Source: Candidatus Subterrananammoxibius californiae (GTDB lineage Bacteria; Planctomycetota; Brocadiia; Brocadiales; Subterrananammoxibiaceae). From it: a DNA stretch of 40,777 nt. The number at the start of each line of letters is the position of its first letter. The first letter of the stretch is position 1. Below are positions 18,623-26,754 of this stretch, in pieces. The position numbers were made by a program, and so were the translations under genes. The notes under the pieces are model-generated. The model saw nothing but the letters and a program-made list of their open reading frames with translations. It had not been told where the DNA came from and did not search any database. Location of the stretch: assembly GCA_030586555.1 (NCBI GenBank), contig JAURAC010000028.1:1-40777 (forward strand), written 5' to 3'.

Positions 18623-18859
18623 ATGGCACTACTTCTTAACCTATTAAGACTTTACGAGTTAGCACTTTTTATAAGAATTATACTATCATGGATTCCACAT
18701 AACCATTTCCATCCTGCTGCGCAATTCCTCTACAAGATAACAGAACCTGTGTTAGGACCTGCCAGAAGACTCATACCCCCTGTAGGCGGTTTTGACATCT
18801 CTCCGATTATCGTGTTTATTGGTATAGAAGTCTTACAACGATTTCTGTACCGATTGTAA
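18623..18859 (+). CDS. yggT: YggT family membrane protein
   Basis: IR.ILSW, TEP.L.P.RR.IPP.GG.D.SP motifs. Confidence 0.92.
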   Translation: MALLLNLLRLYELALFIRIILSWIPHNHFHPAAQFLYKITEPVLGPARRLIPPVGGFDISPIIVFIGIEVLQRFLYRL

Positions 18860-18865
18860 GGCAAT

Positions 18866-18897
18866 AAAAAAAGCCCGCTCTTAAGAGCGGGCTTTTT
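18866..18897. terminator. Bidirectional intrinsic terminator
   Basis: AAAAAAAGCCCGCTC-TTAA-GAGCGGGCTTTTT between convergent genes. Confidence 0.88.
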
Positions 18898-18915
18898 CTT
18901 TAATCATGTCTGAAC

Positions 18916-18976
18916 TTGGTAGACAACGAACTTTATGTTCGTTGAATCAACGAGGTAAAACCTCGTTGTCTACCAA
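18916..18976. repeat. GTAG-class REP doublet (branched hairpin)
   Basis: ttggtagacaacgaac-tttat-gttcgttg aat caacgagg-taaaa-cctcgttgtctaccaa. Confidence 0.75.
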
Positions 18977-18985
18977 AACAAAGGT

Positions 18986-20659
18986 TTAGAACCTCAGGGT
19001 AGTCATGACGTAGAACCAGTCAGCATCGCTGTTACCGAACTTGTCTCCAAACGTCCCATCGGCTTTAATAACGCGAACGTTATCATCCTCCATAAAGTTG
19101 CCTTGAAAGAAATGGGAATAGCCGAATTCAACATCGAAGTTCTTAAAAAACGCATACTTTGCCACTACGTCTAACTCCTGGCCAAGCTGGTCATTAGGTT
19201 TACTACCCGTACCGTCCCAAGCAGCAATGGCAAGTCCACCAGCATTATACCAAGCATCGGCTGGTTCTTCTAAATAGAAGAAGTGCAAATCTGTCTTCAA
19301 CAGCCATTTCTTTGTAGGTTTGGCGCTAAGATTAACCATGTAATCTATAATATTTTGCCATCCTACAAGGTCCATGTATCCCAGCCAACGGTGTCCTGTA
19401 GGATAAAGCTGGTCAAAGGTATTAAGCTCTCCCTTATTAACGAGCTCACTGTCACTTGTGCCCGTTGCATAGGTGATGCCACCGCCGAACCTCGGCGTCA
19501 AGGGCATGTCCTTGACGGTATATCCAGCGATTGCGTAAAACGCATAAGCCTGGTTAATGTCAAAATTTGAACCACTCACATTTAAGCCGCCGTACTGAAT
19601 AAGGCCATCAACCTCGTAATCTAAACCAGGGAGCTGAGGCGGTTCTCCTGCAAGTCTTAGGCCTGCCGTGTAACGGTTTTCCTTGGTTATATCGGTACCT
19701 CCTATGCCAAACAACCTTTTTTCTGCCATAGAATTGGCATTGTTGCGACCGATGAAGTACGGTTCAATCTCACCAACTCCGTAGTCTTTAAGCGATGTGC
19801 AGTGGCCATAAACACCCCAGAATACTTCGTCTCTATCTGTTGCTTGTGGGAAACCAGTTAAGAAATCCTTGTCTATCTGGGTTATGAACCCGTCTATCCA
19901 GCTTGAATCTTTAGATGACCAACGTATCCTTGCGCCATCCCATGCCCTGCCCTGGTTAGACCAGTCGAGCGGGCCTATGAGGTGTTCTTTACCGTAAGAC
20001 ATCCGCCAGCGTCCAATCAGGAGCGAAAGGCCTGAAAGGGTGGATGACACGGGACTGAAGCTCTTGAGTTCTACGAAACCCTGGAGTAAATCTACCCTGC
20101 CGAGGTTTCCAAGTGTACCTCTCTGGAGGGCCGCTGGTGATGGTGAAGTACCTGAATTACGCGAACTCTTTACACCTTCAAGCTCGTCTTCGTCACCAAA
20201 AGCACGGTTGTCCTGCAATTCGAGGAATGCCCTGAGGTAATCATTAATATCAGCATCAACATTTAACCGTGTCCTGAGCAAGGTTATATCCCTGAAGCTA
20301 CCTTCACTACTGCTAAAGGTATCATTAGGCGAACCCGTAAAATCGAAATTCATTAATCCTTCAAACCTTGTCCTTATTTCCCCGCCCAACTTTATCTTCC
20401 TCGACAACTCAGAATACACGTTACCGGTTATGGCTGGTGCCTCTTCCGATTTGACAGCCTTTATGGATTTGAGTTCGTCCTTTAAGGTCTTTACCTCTTC
20501 TTTTAATGCCTTAAGGTCTTCCTGTGTTACGAACTCATCATCCGGGCTTGCCAGCGCACCCATTATTAACGGGCTCCCGGTGCTAACAACCAACTCCAAA
20601 ACCGCCGTCCCAACAAAACTACAAAGCGCTTTCCCCACCCACTTACTTCTCATATACAT
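18986..20659 (-). CDS. Alginate-export family outer-membrane beta-barrel
   Basis: Signal peptide, coiled coil, GGEIRTRFE, LELQD.R, TFDQLYPTGH..LGYMD motifs and a C-terminal Phe. Confidence 0.85.
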   Translation of the reverse strand: MYMRSKWVGKALCSFVGTAVLELVVSTGSPLIMGALASPDDEFVTQEDLKALKEEVKTLKDELKSIKAVKSEEAPAITGNVYSELSRKIKLGGEIRTRFEGLMNFDFTGSPNDTFSSSEGSFRDITLLRTRLNVDADINDYLRAFLELQDNRAFGDEDELEGVKSSRNSGTSPSPAALQRGTLGNLGRVDLLQGFVELKSFSPVSSTLSGLSLLIGRWRMSYGKEHLIGPLDWSNQGRAWDGARIRWSSKDSSWIDGFITQIDKDFLTGFPQATDRDEVFWGVYGHCTSLKDYGVGEIEPYFIGRNNANSMAEKRLFGIGGTDITKENRYTAGLRLAGEPPQLPGLDYEVDGLIQYGGLNVSGSNFDINQAYAFYAIAGYTVKDMPLTPRFGGGITYATGTSDSELVNKGELNTFDQLYPTGHRWLGYMDLVGWQNIIDYMVNLSAKPTKKWLLKTDLHFFYLEEPADAWYNAGGLAIAAWDGTGSKPNDQLGQELDVVAKYAFFKNFDVEFGYSHFFQGNFMEDDNVRVIKADGTFGDKFGNSDADWFYVMTTLRF

Positions 20660-20974
20660 CCTCCTTTCCTAAAGGTATGAGAGATGTATGGAGACTACCC
20701 ATCTTGAGTCAATACCAGAACACCTATCCCTCATCGCAATCTTATATGCGCTAAAAGTTTACCTTAAAACATATTGTTTGTCAAGGGAAAAATTTTTGTA
20801 ATGTTACCATTTTAAAATGTTAATTTTTTCTGGTTGCCTTTTTGCTTGAAGTTTAGAAAAGACATGGAATAACATAGAAAGGGAGGACTATTTTAATTGC
20901 TTTTGGTCGCGATGGGAAAGCAAGGTTGAGGGGCTTGTTTTTCGCCCTGTGCCCCACAACCACGAACTTTTATC

Positions 20975-21003
20975 TTGCGCCACAAAAGGTCCAGTGATAA
21001 AAT
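20975..21003 (+). promoter_or_regulatory. Promoter for hflX
   Basis: TTGCGC-17-TAAAAT with an extended TG. It implies the true start is downstream of the ORF-track start. Confidence 0.55.
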
Positions 21004-21019
21004 TAAGGTTGTGGTAGAG

Positions 21020-22342
21020 TTGAAAAGGACAGATTTACGGGCTGAACGAGCGATTTTGGTCGGGGCGGTGCTCCCGGATAATAAGTCGGAGGAGGAAAGT
21101 CCTCTTTGCGAACTCGGGAGGCTTGCAGAAACCGCCGGAGCAAAGGTACTAAATAGTATTATTCAAAAAAAGCAAAGCATTGACCCTGCCTATTATATTG
21201 GCAAAGGGAAGGCTCTGGAGTTGGCATCTTTATGCTCGGCGATGGATGTTGACGTTATAATCTGCGATGACGACCTTACCCCCGCCCAGGTACGTAACCT
21301 TGAACGCATCATAAACACAAAAGTTATTGACCGCAGTGAGTTAATCCTTCATATATTTGCTACAAGGGCAAAAACAAATCAAGCTAAACTACAGGTCGAA
21401 CTGGCACAACTGGAATATACACTTCCCCGCCTCAGGCGTATGTGGACGCACCTTTCAAGGATTGAGGGTGGCATCGGGACGAGAGGTCCCGGAGAAAAGC
21501 AGATAGAGTCTGATAGGCGCATAGTAGCAAAAAAGATAAACAACCTGAAAAGAAAGCTCCGTGAGTCAGAGAAAAGAAAGGTGCGTTTAGTAGAAGCAAG
21601 GAAAGATTACTTCACAGTTTCTCTTGTTGGTTATACCAATGCAGGAAAATCTACCCTGCTTAATGCCCTGACGGGTGCAGACGTTTTTGTGGAGGATAAA
21701 CTATTTTCCACGCTTGATACAAAGACGAGTATGTGCAAATTAAGTAATGTTCGCCAAAAGGATGGCGAATCCGCCTCTGGCGCGAGCTGTAAAGTTCTTC
21801 TAAGTGACACGGTAGGTTTTATAAGAAAATTACCCCACCAATTAATATCATCTTTTCATGCTACGCTTGAAGAGGTTAGAAGCGCCGATTTGTTGCTCCA
21901 TGTGGTGGACATTAGCTCTCCTGCTGCGCTCGAACAGGCAGATGCGGTTAATGTGGTCTTGAATGAGCTTGGTTGTAGTGATAAACCAACCATAATGGTG
22001 CTTAATAAGGCAGATGCAATAAGGGATGAATCCTTAAGCACATTCTTTAGAAATAAATATAATAATGATTGCATCCTTATATCTGCGCTAAAAGGTTACG
22101 GTCTATCAGAGTTAAAGCAGAGGATACTTGAACACCTCGGTAAAAATCAGGTGGAAATTAACCTGAAGTGCGGTACGGAAAATGGCAAATTGATTGCCTA
22201 CTTGTTTGAAAATGCACAGATAATAAGCCGAGAGTTTAAGGATGATGCGGCTGTCTTTCACGCCCTTATGAGCAGAAAGCATCTTGCCAAATTGTATGAA
22301 ATTGGAAATAATAACATTCAGATAACGCACTTACATCTTTGA
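21020..22342 (+). CDS. hflX: GTPase HflX (start TTG 21020 or GTG 21011)
   Basis: IG.GK, LQVELAQL.Y, GIGTRGPGE, VGYTNAGKSTL, DTVGFI and NKAD motifs. Confidence 0.95.
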   Translation: MKRTDLRAERAILVGAVLPDNKSEEESPLCELGRLAETAGAKVLNSIIQKKQSIDPAYYIGKGKALELASLCSAMDVDVIICDDDLTPAQVRNLERIINTKVIDRSELILHIFATRAKTNQAKLQVELAQLEYTLPRLRRMWTHLSRIEGGIGTRGPGEKQIESDRRIVAKKINNLKRKLRESEKRKVRLVEARKDYFTVSLVGYTNAGKSTLLNALTGADVFVEDKLFSTLDTKTSMCKLSNVRQKDGESASGASCKVLLSDTVGFIRKLPHQLISSFHATLEEVRSADLLLHVVDISSPAALEQADAVNVVLNELGCSDKPTIMVLNKADAIRDESLSTFFRNKYNNDCILISALKGYGLSELKQRILEHLGKNQVEINLKCGTENGKLIAYLFENAQIISREFKDDAAVFHALMSRKHLAKLYEIGNNNIQITHLHL

Positions 22343-22350
22343 AAAGAACG

Positions 22351-22506
22351 GGGTGGCACGGACAAACTCGCCTGCCCGCCTCAGGAGGGTTTGTCCATGC
22401 AGGAGGATGATTTAACCAGCAAAGCGAAGCCCCGAAGCAATCTCAATGATATCCTTCTGAACCCTTTACATGTCATTCTGATCCGCCTCAGGCGGAGAAG
22501 AATCTC
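22351..22506. repeat. Cluster of REP-like elements with nested CCGCCTCAGG palindromes
   Basis: gggtggcacggacaa..cccgcctcaggaggg..ttgtccatgc; gcgaagccccgaagcaatctc; tgtcattctgat-ccgcctcaggcgg-agaagaatctc. Confidence 0.72.
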
Positions 22507-22620
22507 AAGGATTTTACGAAAAACACTTTACAAAACTAATTTGTTATAGTACAGTTGAAACAAAACTGTCAAGCAACATGTCATTTGTTAGCAATGCGAA
22601 TAACATAAGGAGGTGATAGC

Positions 22621-22839
22621 ATGATAAGTACCTATACGGCCAAATATACAAAAATAAACACAGGCTACATGGGACAGTTGGTAGAGTGGCCAGAAGTAAT
22701 AACGGAAGGGAAGACGTTAGAAGAATGTAGGGAAATGCTTCAAGATGCTGTACGTGAGATGATAATAACTTATCGGCAGCAAAATAAAGAAATTCCTACT
22801 GGTAGAGCCCTTCTGGAACAAATACCTGTAGAGGTATAA
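22621..22839 (+). CDS. hicB: HicB family antitoxin (short form)
   Basis: Y.GQLVEWPEVITEG.TLEECR.ML.DA motif. AGGAGGT RBS. Confidence 0.88.
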   Translation: MISTYTAKYTKINTGYMGQLVEWPEVITEGKTLEECREMLQDAVREMIITYRQQNKEIPTGRALLEQIPVEV

Positions 22840-22840
22840 G

Positions 22841-23029
22841 ATGTCTGTAAAACGTCGTGACTTAATTAAGTATTTAGAAGAAAACGGGTTCTTTCTGATA
22901 CGAGAAGGTAGCAAACATTCAATCTATACAAATAACGAAAAAATAATACCGATTAAAAGACACCGCACAATTGATAGAATAACAGCCAACGAATTGTGCA
23001 AACAAGCAGGTCTTAAGCCAAAATTCTGA
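22841..23029 (+). CDS. hicA: HicA family toxin
   Basis: KRRDLI..LE.NGF...REG.KH.IY motif with the catalytic His. Confidence 0.9.
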   Translation: MSVKRRDLIKYLEENGFFLIREGSKHSIYTNNEKIIPIKRHRTIDRITANELCKQAGLKPKF

Positions 23030-23245
23030 AATTCAAAGATGCAAGGCCTTTCGCTTTTTGTAAATGCGAGCCGAAAACGAAACAATCCCATCCCATCCGA
23101 AGCAATCCCTGTAGGGGCATGGTGCGCTGTGCCCTATCTTACTTAATTCCAGCCAAAAAAATTTCCCCAAAAACCCTTGTCAAATTGAAATTATGTAGTA
23201 TAATTCCACCATAAAGCCAATCCAAAAAGGAAGCAATCTACACCA

Positions 23246-23284
23246 CCCCTTTATCCCCTCCTTCGCAAGGAGGGGATAAAGGGG
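23246..23284. repeat. Perfect 18-bp-stem hairpin (CCCCT..AGGGG family)
   Basis: cccctttatcccctcctt-cgc-aaggaggggataaagggg. Confidence 0.85.
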
Positions 23285-23329
23285 AGGTAATATTGAAAGT
23301 TTTCCTTGACCCCTCCTTCCACGGCATGT

Positions 23330-23413
23330 CGCCATGGCATGCCTTTTTTCATTGGATAATACATAAGCATGGACTAAAACATTTGTATCAATCAATGGTT
23401 CATTATCGTTCAT
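23330..23413 (-). pseudogene. Truncated PIN-domain toxin
   Basis: MNDNEPLIDTNVLVHAY..SNEKRH..A is a PIN N-terminus. After ~28 codons the frame continues into repeat DNA. Confidence 0.75.
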
Positions 23414-23627
23414 AAAGTTCTTCTCTGTTCCTATAAAGTAATCTACCCACTTCAGGAGCCTCCTTTAAACGTTTAAGTTGCTCCTTGATAACTTTTTCAG
23501 GGTTAGGTCTAATTGGTTTTATCAGAACATGCGCTTTTATTCCTTCTGGAAGACCGGTATCCTTCTCCAGAACAATGGTTTTTCCCTTCACGATTCCCTT
23601 GCAAGTTTTTATTTTTAAGTATTTCAT
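23403..23627 (-). CDS. Putative antitoxin (DUF104/AF2212-like) upstream of the PIN remnant
   Basis: KG.VKG..I.L.....LPEG motif and REELYER C-terminus overlapping the PIN start. AGGAG RBS. Confidence 0.72.
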   Translation of the reverse strand: MKYLKIKTCKGIVKGKTIVLEKDTGLPEGIKAHVLIKPIRPNPEKVIKEQLKRLKEAPEVGRLLYRNREELYER

Positions 23628-23732
23628 GATTCTACTCCTGTCTTTTAAGTATGATATTTACCGATGAGTTTCATAAGTAATTATATGCAAAAAGATAGAA
23701 AAGAGTCAAAGAAATTGCGTTCTTTACTTTTT

Positions 23733-25475
23733 TCAAGACAAGTGCTTTGGGAAGTTAAGATAAATCACTACTCCACCAATTAAGGCTAAGCCGAGGAGGA
23801 TGCCGCCTGTTGTGAATTCCTGAAAAATCATCTTGCCTATCCCAAAAGTCGTGCCATATATTAGAAACACGCCTGAAATCCAGTTTATAAGGGTGCGCCA
23901 GCCGATTGTCCCTTTGCCGACGTCTTTTATCTCATTTTTAATCGGCTTCCAGAATCCACCGGGTCGCACCCTTTTATAAAACTCTACGAGCCTTTCCTTA
24001 GGCACGGGTTTAGTGAGAAATGTAACAACCATCCAGATGGCAATTGAGGACGGAACAATTATAGCAATCCTGTGTTGAACCTCTAAATCAAAAGGCTGTA
24101 GTATAAGGTTTATAATCACGGATGCCGAAAGGCCTGAGATTTCAGACCAGGCATTAATGCGCCACCAGAACCACCTGAGTATAAGCACAAGCCCTACCCC
24201 CATTCCCATAGGTAAAAGGAACTCCCACGCCTTGCTTATTGAGTCAAGGTGCATTGCAACCACAGCCGCTATAAGCATCAGCACGATAGAACAGCACCTT
24301 GAGATTAACACGTAGTGCTTTTGGGTTGCATCCTTGACAAAAAATCTTCTGTAAACATCATTGATAAAATATGAGGAGCCCCAGTTAAGATGCGTATCAA
24401 TGGTTGACATAAAGGCTGCCAGGAACGATGCGACCATAACCCCCTTTAATCCTACTGGAAGAAATGTGGTAATGGCTTTAGGATATGCCTCTTTTGCACG
24501 GCTACCAGAGAGTTCCGGGAATACAACAACCGTAACCAAAGCAACGATTACCCATGGCCAGACCCTTAAGGCATAATGTGCCATATTAAACCACAGGGTC
24601 GCAAGTGTGGCGTGTTTTTCATTCTTTGCCGCCGACATCCTCTGTATGATATACCCGCCGCCGTCTGCATTGTGGGCAGACCACCACATCAGCCCCAGGA
24701 ATATTATCAGCGTGAAGGTTGAAGACGTCCAGAAATCCGCATGGAGCGGCGAGGAAGTATTGTCAAACGGCGGGATAAAGGAGAGTGTGGATTCGTGGGG
24801 GTTCGATAGCGTGGCTAACTTAGCTTTAAGTTCCCCCACCCCTCCAACCTTGCCAAGGCAAACAACCGCAAGCACAATAGCCCCGACCATTCCTATTGCA
24901 AACTGGTAAAGGTCTGTCATTACAACACCCCAGAAGCCGGAAAGCACCGTGTAACTAAGGGCGATGGCTACGCATATCCCAATGGATAGCCACTGCTCGT
25001 CTCTTGAAATACCAAGTAAAACCTGCAGGATGGTTGCCATTGCCTGGATAACCCATCCCATGACGACAAAGTTATAAATGGTCGAGAAATACATTGCTTT
25101 AAATGCCCTTAGCACGGCGGCGGGTTTGCCTGCGTACCTTATTTCTATTAATTCATTGTCAGTAATAACCTTTGCCCTGCGCCATAACTGGGCGAACAGG
25201 AATACGCTCAGAAGTCCCCCCATTGCAGTATTCCACCAGAACCAATTTCGCCATATCCCGCCGTTGCGCACAAATTCTGTTACTGCAAGCGGGGTATCGG
25301 CGGAAAAGGTAGTAGCAACCATGGATGTGCCTATTATCCACCAGGGCAGGGTTCTGCCTGAAAGGAAGTACTCATTAACGCCTGCGCTCGCTCTTTTAGA
25401 ATAATATATGCCCAGAATTAGCATAAATGCACAGTAGAGTCCGATTATTATCCAGTCAATGATTGCTAAGTGCAT
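23733..25475 (-). CDS. Sodium:solute symporter family transporter
   Basis: YFLSGR.LPWW..GTSMVATTF.ADTPL, QRM.AAK.E and AAFMSTIDT.LNWG.SY motifs, many TM helices. ATG at 25475 (MHLAIIDW). Confidence 0.93.
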   Translation of the reverse strand: MHLAIIDWIIIGLYCAFMLILGIYYSKRASAGVNEYFLSGRTLPWWIIGTSMVATTFSADTPLAVTEFVRNGGIWRNWFWWNTAMGGLLSVFLFAQLWRRAKVITDNELIEIRYAGKPAAVLRAFKAMYFSTIYNFVVMGWVIQAMATILQVLLGISRDEQWLSIGICVAIALSYTVLSGFWGVVMTDLYQFAIGMVGAIVLAVVCLGKVGGVGELKAKLATLSNPHESTLSFIPPFDNTSSPLHADFWTSSTFTLIIFLGLMWWSAHNADGGGYIIQRMSAAKNEKHATLATLWFNMAHYALRVWPWVIVALVTVVVFPELSGSRAKEAYPKAITTFLPVGLKGVMVASFLAAFMSTIDTHLNWGSSYFINDVYRRFFVKDATQKHYVLISRCCSIVLMLIAAVVAMHLDSISKAWEFLLPMGMGVGLVLILRWFWWRINAWSEISGLSASVIINLILQPFDLEVQHRIAIIVPSSIAIWMVVTFLTKPVPKERLVEFYKRVRPGGFWKPIKNEIKDVGKGTIGWRTLINWISGVFLIYGTTFGIGKMIFQEFTTGGILLGLALIGGVVIYLNFPKHLS

Positions 25476-25481
25476 GTTTAT

Positions 25482-25952
25482 AAAAATCAAATATCAAAAA
25501 TTAAATATCAAAAACACAAACCAAAGACCTGAAATTAATTCTTGCCTTTTAAAGTCAAAATACTTGATGCAAAGATATTGGCAATCTCTGAAACCTCTTT
25601 CAGCAACTCATTTGCTTGGTGGACATCACATTTCTTAGCATCAATTAATACCTCCAGCCAGAACTTAGACTCATTGGCAGATTTTAGAGAATGATTAAAG
25701 AAATTAGTAAAGTCGTTCTTTGAACTTGCGGCTCTGGCTTCAAAATAATTCGCTCCTATGCTTGTGCCACTACGCATCAATTGATCACCAATTATCTTGC
25801 ATGCCCTGTCATTAGGTAAAGAATCTATAAATTGGATTAGATTTAAAATAAATTGCTTTATCCTTTTCTTGAATTCTTCCTTGAGTTTTTCTTTTTCAAA
25901 TTTTGGATTTTGGTATGTCATTTTGATTTTTGATACTTGATATTTGATTTTT
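25482..25952 (-). mobile_element. Putative four-helix-bundle cassette bounded by inverted heptamer arms
   Basis: Arms 25482-25535 and 25900-25952 are imperfect inverted repeats. The outer 16 bp (AAAAATCAAATATCAA) are identical. Mobility is inferred, not shown. Confidence 0.55.
25535..25921 (-). CDS. Four-helix-bundle protein (23S rRNA IVP / Avd-like family)
   Basis: QL.RSGTSIGANY.EA..A.S..DF and LKSANE..FWL motifs. Confidence 0.92.
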   Translation of the reverse strand: MTYQNPKFEKEKLKEEFKKRIKQFILNLIQFIDSLPNDRACKIIGDQLMRSGTSIGANYFEARAASSKNDFTNFFNHSLKSANESKFWLEVLIDAKKCDVHQANELLKEVSEIANIFASSILTLKGKN

Positions 25953-25957
25953 GCTTG

Positions 25958-25986
25958 ATGTTACCAGTAACACATACATTTGTCAA
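25958..25986 (-). promoter_or_regulatory. Sigma70 promoter firing into the four-helix-bundle cassette
   Basis: TTGACA(25986-25981)-17-TAACAT(25963-25958) with an extended TG. Confidence 0.65.
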
Positions 25987-26004
25987 AAAGTTTTACTCCC
26001 CTTT

Positions 26005-26050
26005 CTTTGTGCTTTGCGAGAAAAAAAATGTTTCACGCAAAGTCACAAAG
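26005..26050. repeat. CTTTGCG/CGCAAAG inverted element
   Basis: ctttgtgctttgcg ... cgcaaagtcacaaag. Confidence 0.6.
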
Positions 26051-26156
26051 ACCGCAAATAATTTTGAAGGTTAGGTCCAATTTTCTCCTAATTTTTAGTT
26101 GGCAAATCAACACTTTTTAAATTAAATGTCACATGATAATATAAAAGGCGAAGTGC

Positions 26157-26233
26157 TGGGTTATAGGTCATAGGTTATGGGTGATGGGTTGCGGGTTAAT
26201 CACTTAATATCCATCACCTTACTACTTGTTACC
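26157..26233. repeat. Heptamer array (TRGGTNA) with a degenerate complementary arm
   Basis: tgggtta taggtca taggtta tgggtga tgggttg cgggtta, then tcactta atatcca tcacctt. Confidence 0.75.
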
Positions 26234-26342
26234 GTTGGCAAGGTAACGCATAAATAGGAGAGAAAAATCCTTTAGCAACTATAAAGGGCTTATGCTATAA
26301 TTTGACCAACTGAAAACCTTGGTACAAAAAGAGGAAACAGAG

Positions 26343-26613
26343 ATGAAACTAACTTATGACCAACGATATAACATAGCTTATATACGCTTACATGAGAAAT
26401 TAGTTGAGGTAGAGACGATAAAGGTTAGCGATGAGTTAAATGTGGATGTTACGCCTGACGGCACTATTTAAGGTATAGAACTACTAAACGCGAATGAGCA
26501 GTTACGAAAAGAGGACGAAGGGAAGATTCTTGTGATAAACGAGGGTGAAAAGCAAGTTCGGGGGACTTGCTTTTCACGGCGAAAAGGCAGAAATCCAGTT
26601 GTCTCTGAAATAG
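26343..26613 (+). pseudogene. DUF2283 family pseudogene
   Basis: MKLTYDQRYNIAYIRL...VDVTPDGTI*GIELLNA has an in-frame TAA at 26469. A later hairpin shifts the presumed C-terminus into the +1 frame. Confidence 0.8.
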
Positions 26614-26754
26614 AGAGGGGTATCGTTATAAAAATAGCAGGGATGTGGGGTGTTTAAAAGTTGATGACGAGCGAAATAGATTCGGATTAGTGTCGATTAT
26701 TTTACTCGTTCCAAGTTCTGCATGGGAGCGAGATAAGTGGTTACGAGGTGTAAA

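Noticed and set aside
23180..23329. C-terminal part of the 77-aa ORF
   Set aside because: Translation of hairpin and promoter DNA, not PIN sequence.
26469..26471. Stop-codon recoding in DUF2283
   Set aside because: TAA terminates many genes in this window, and the gene has a second lesion.
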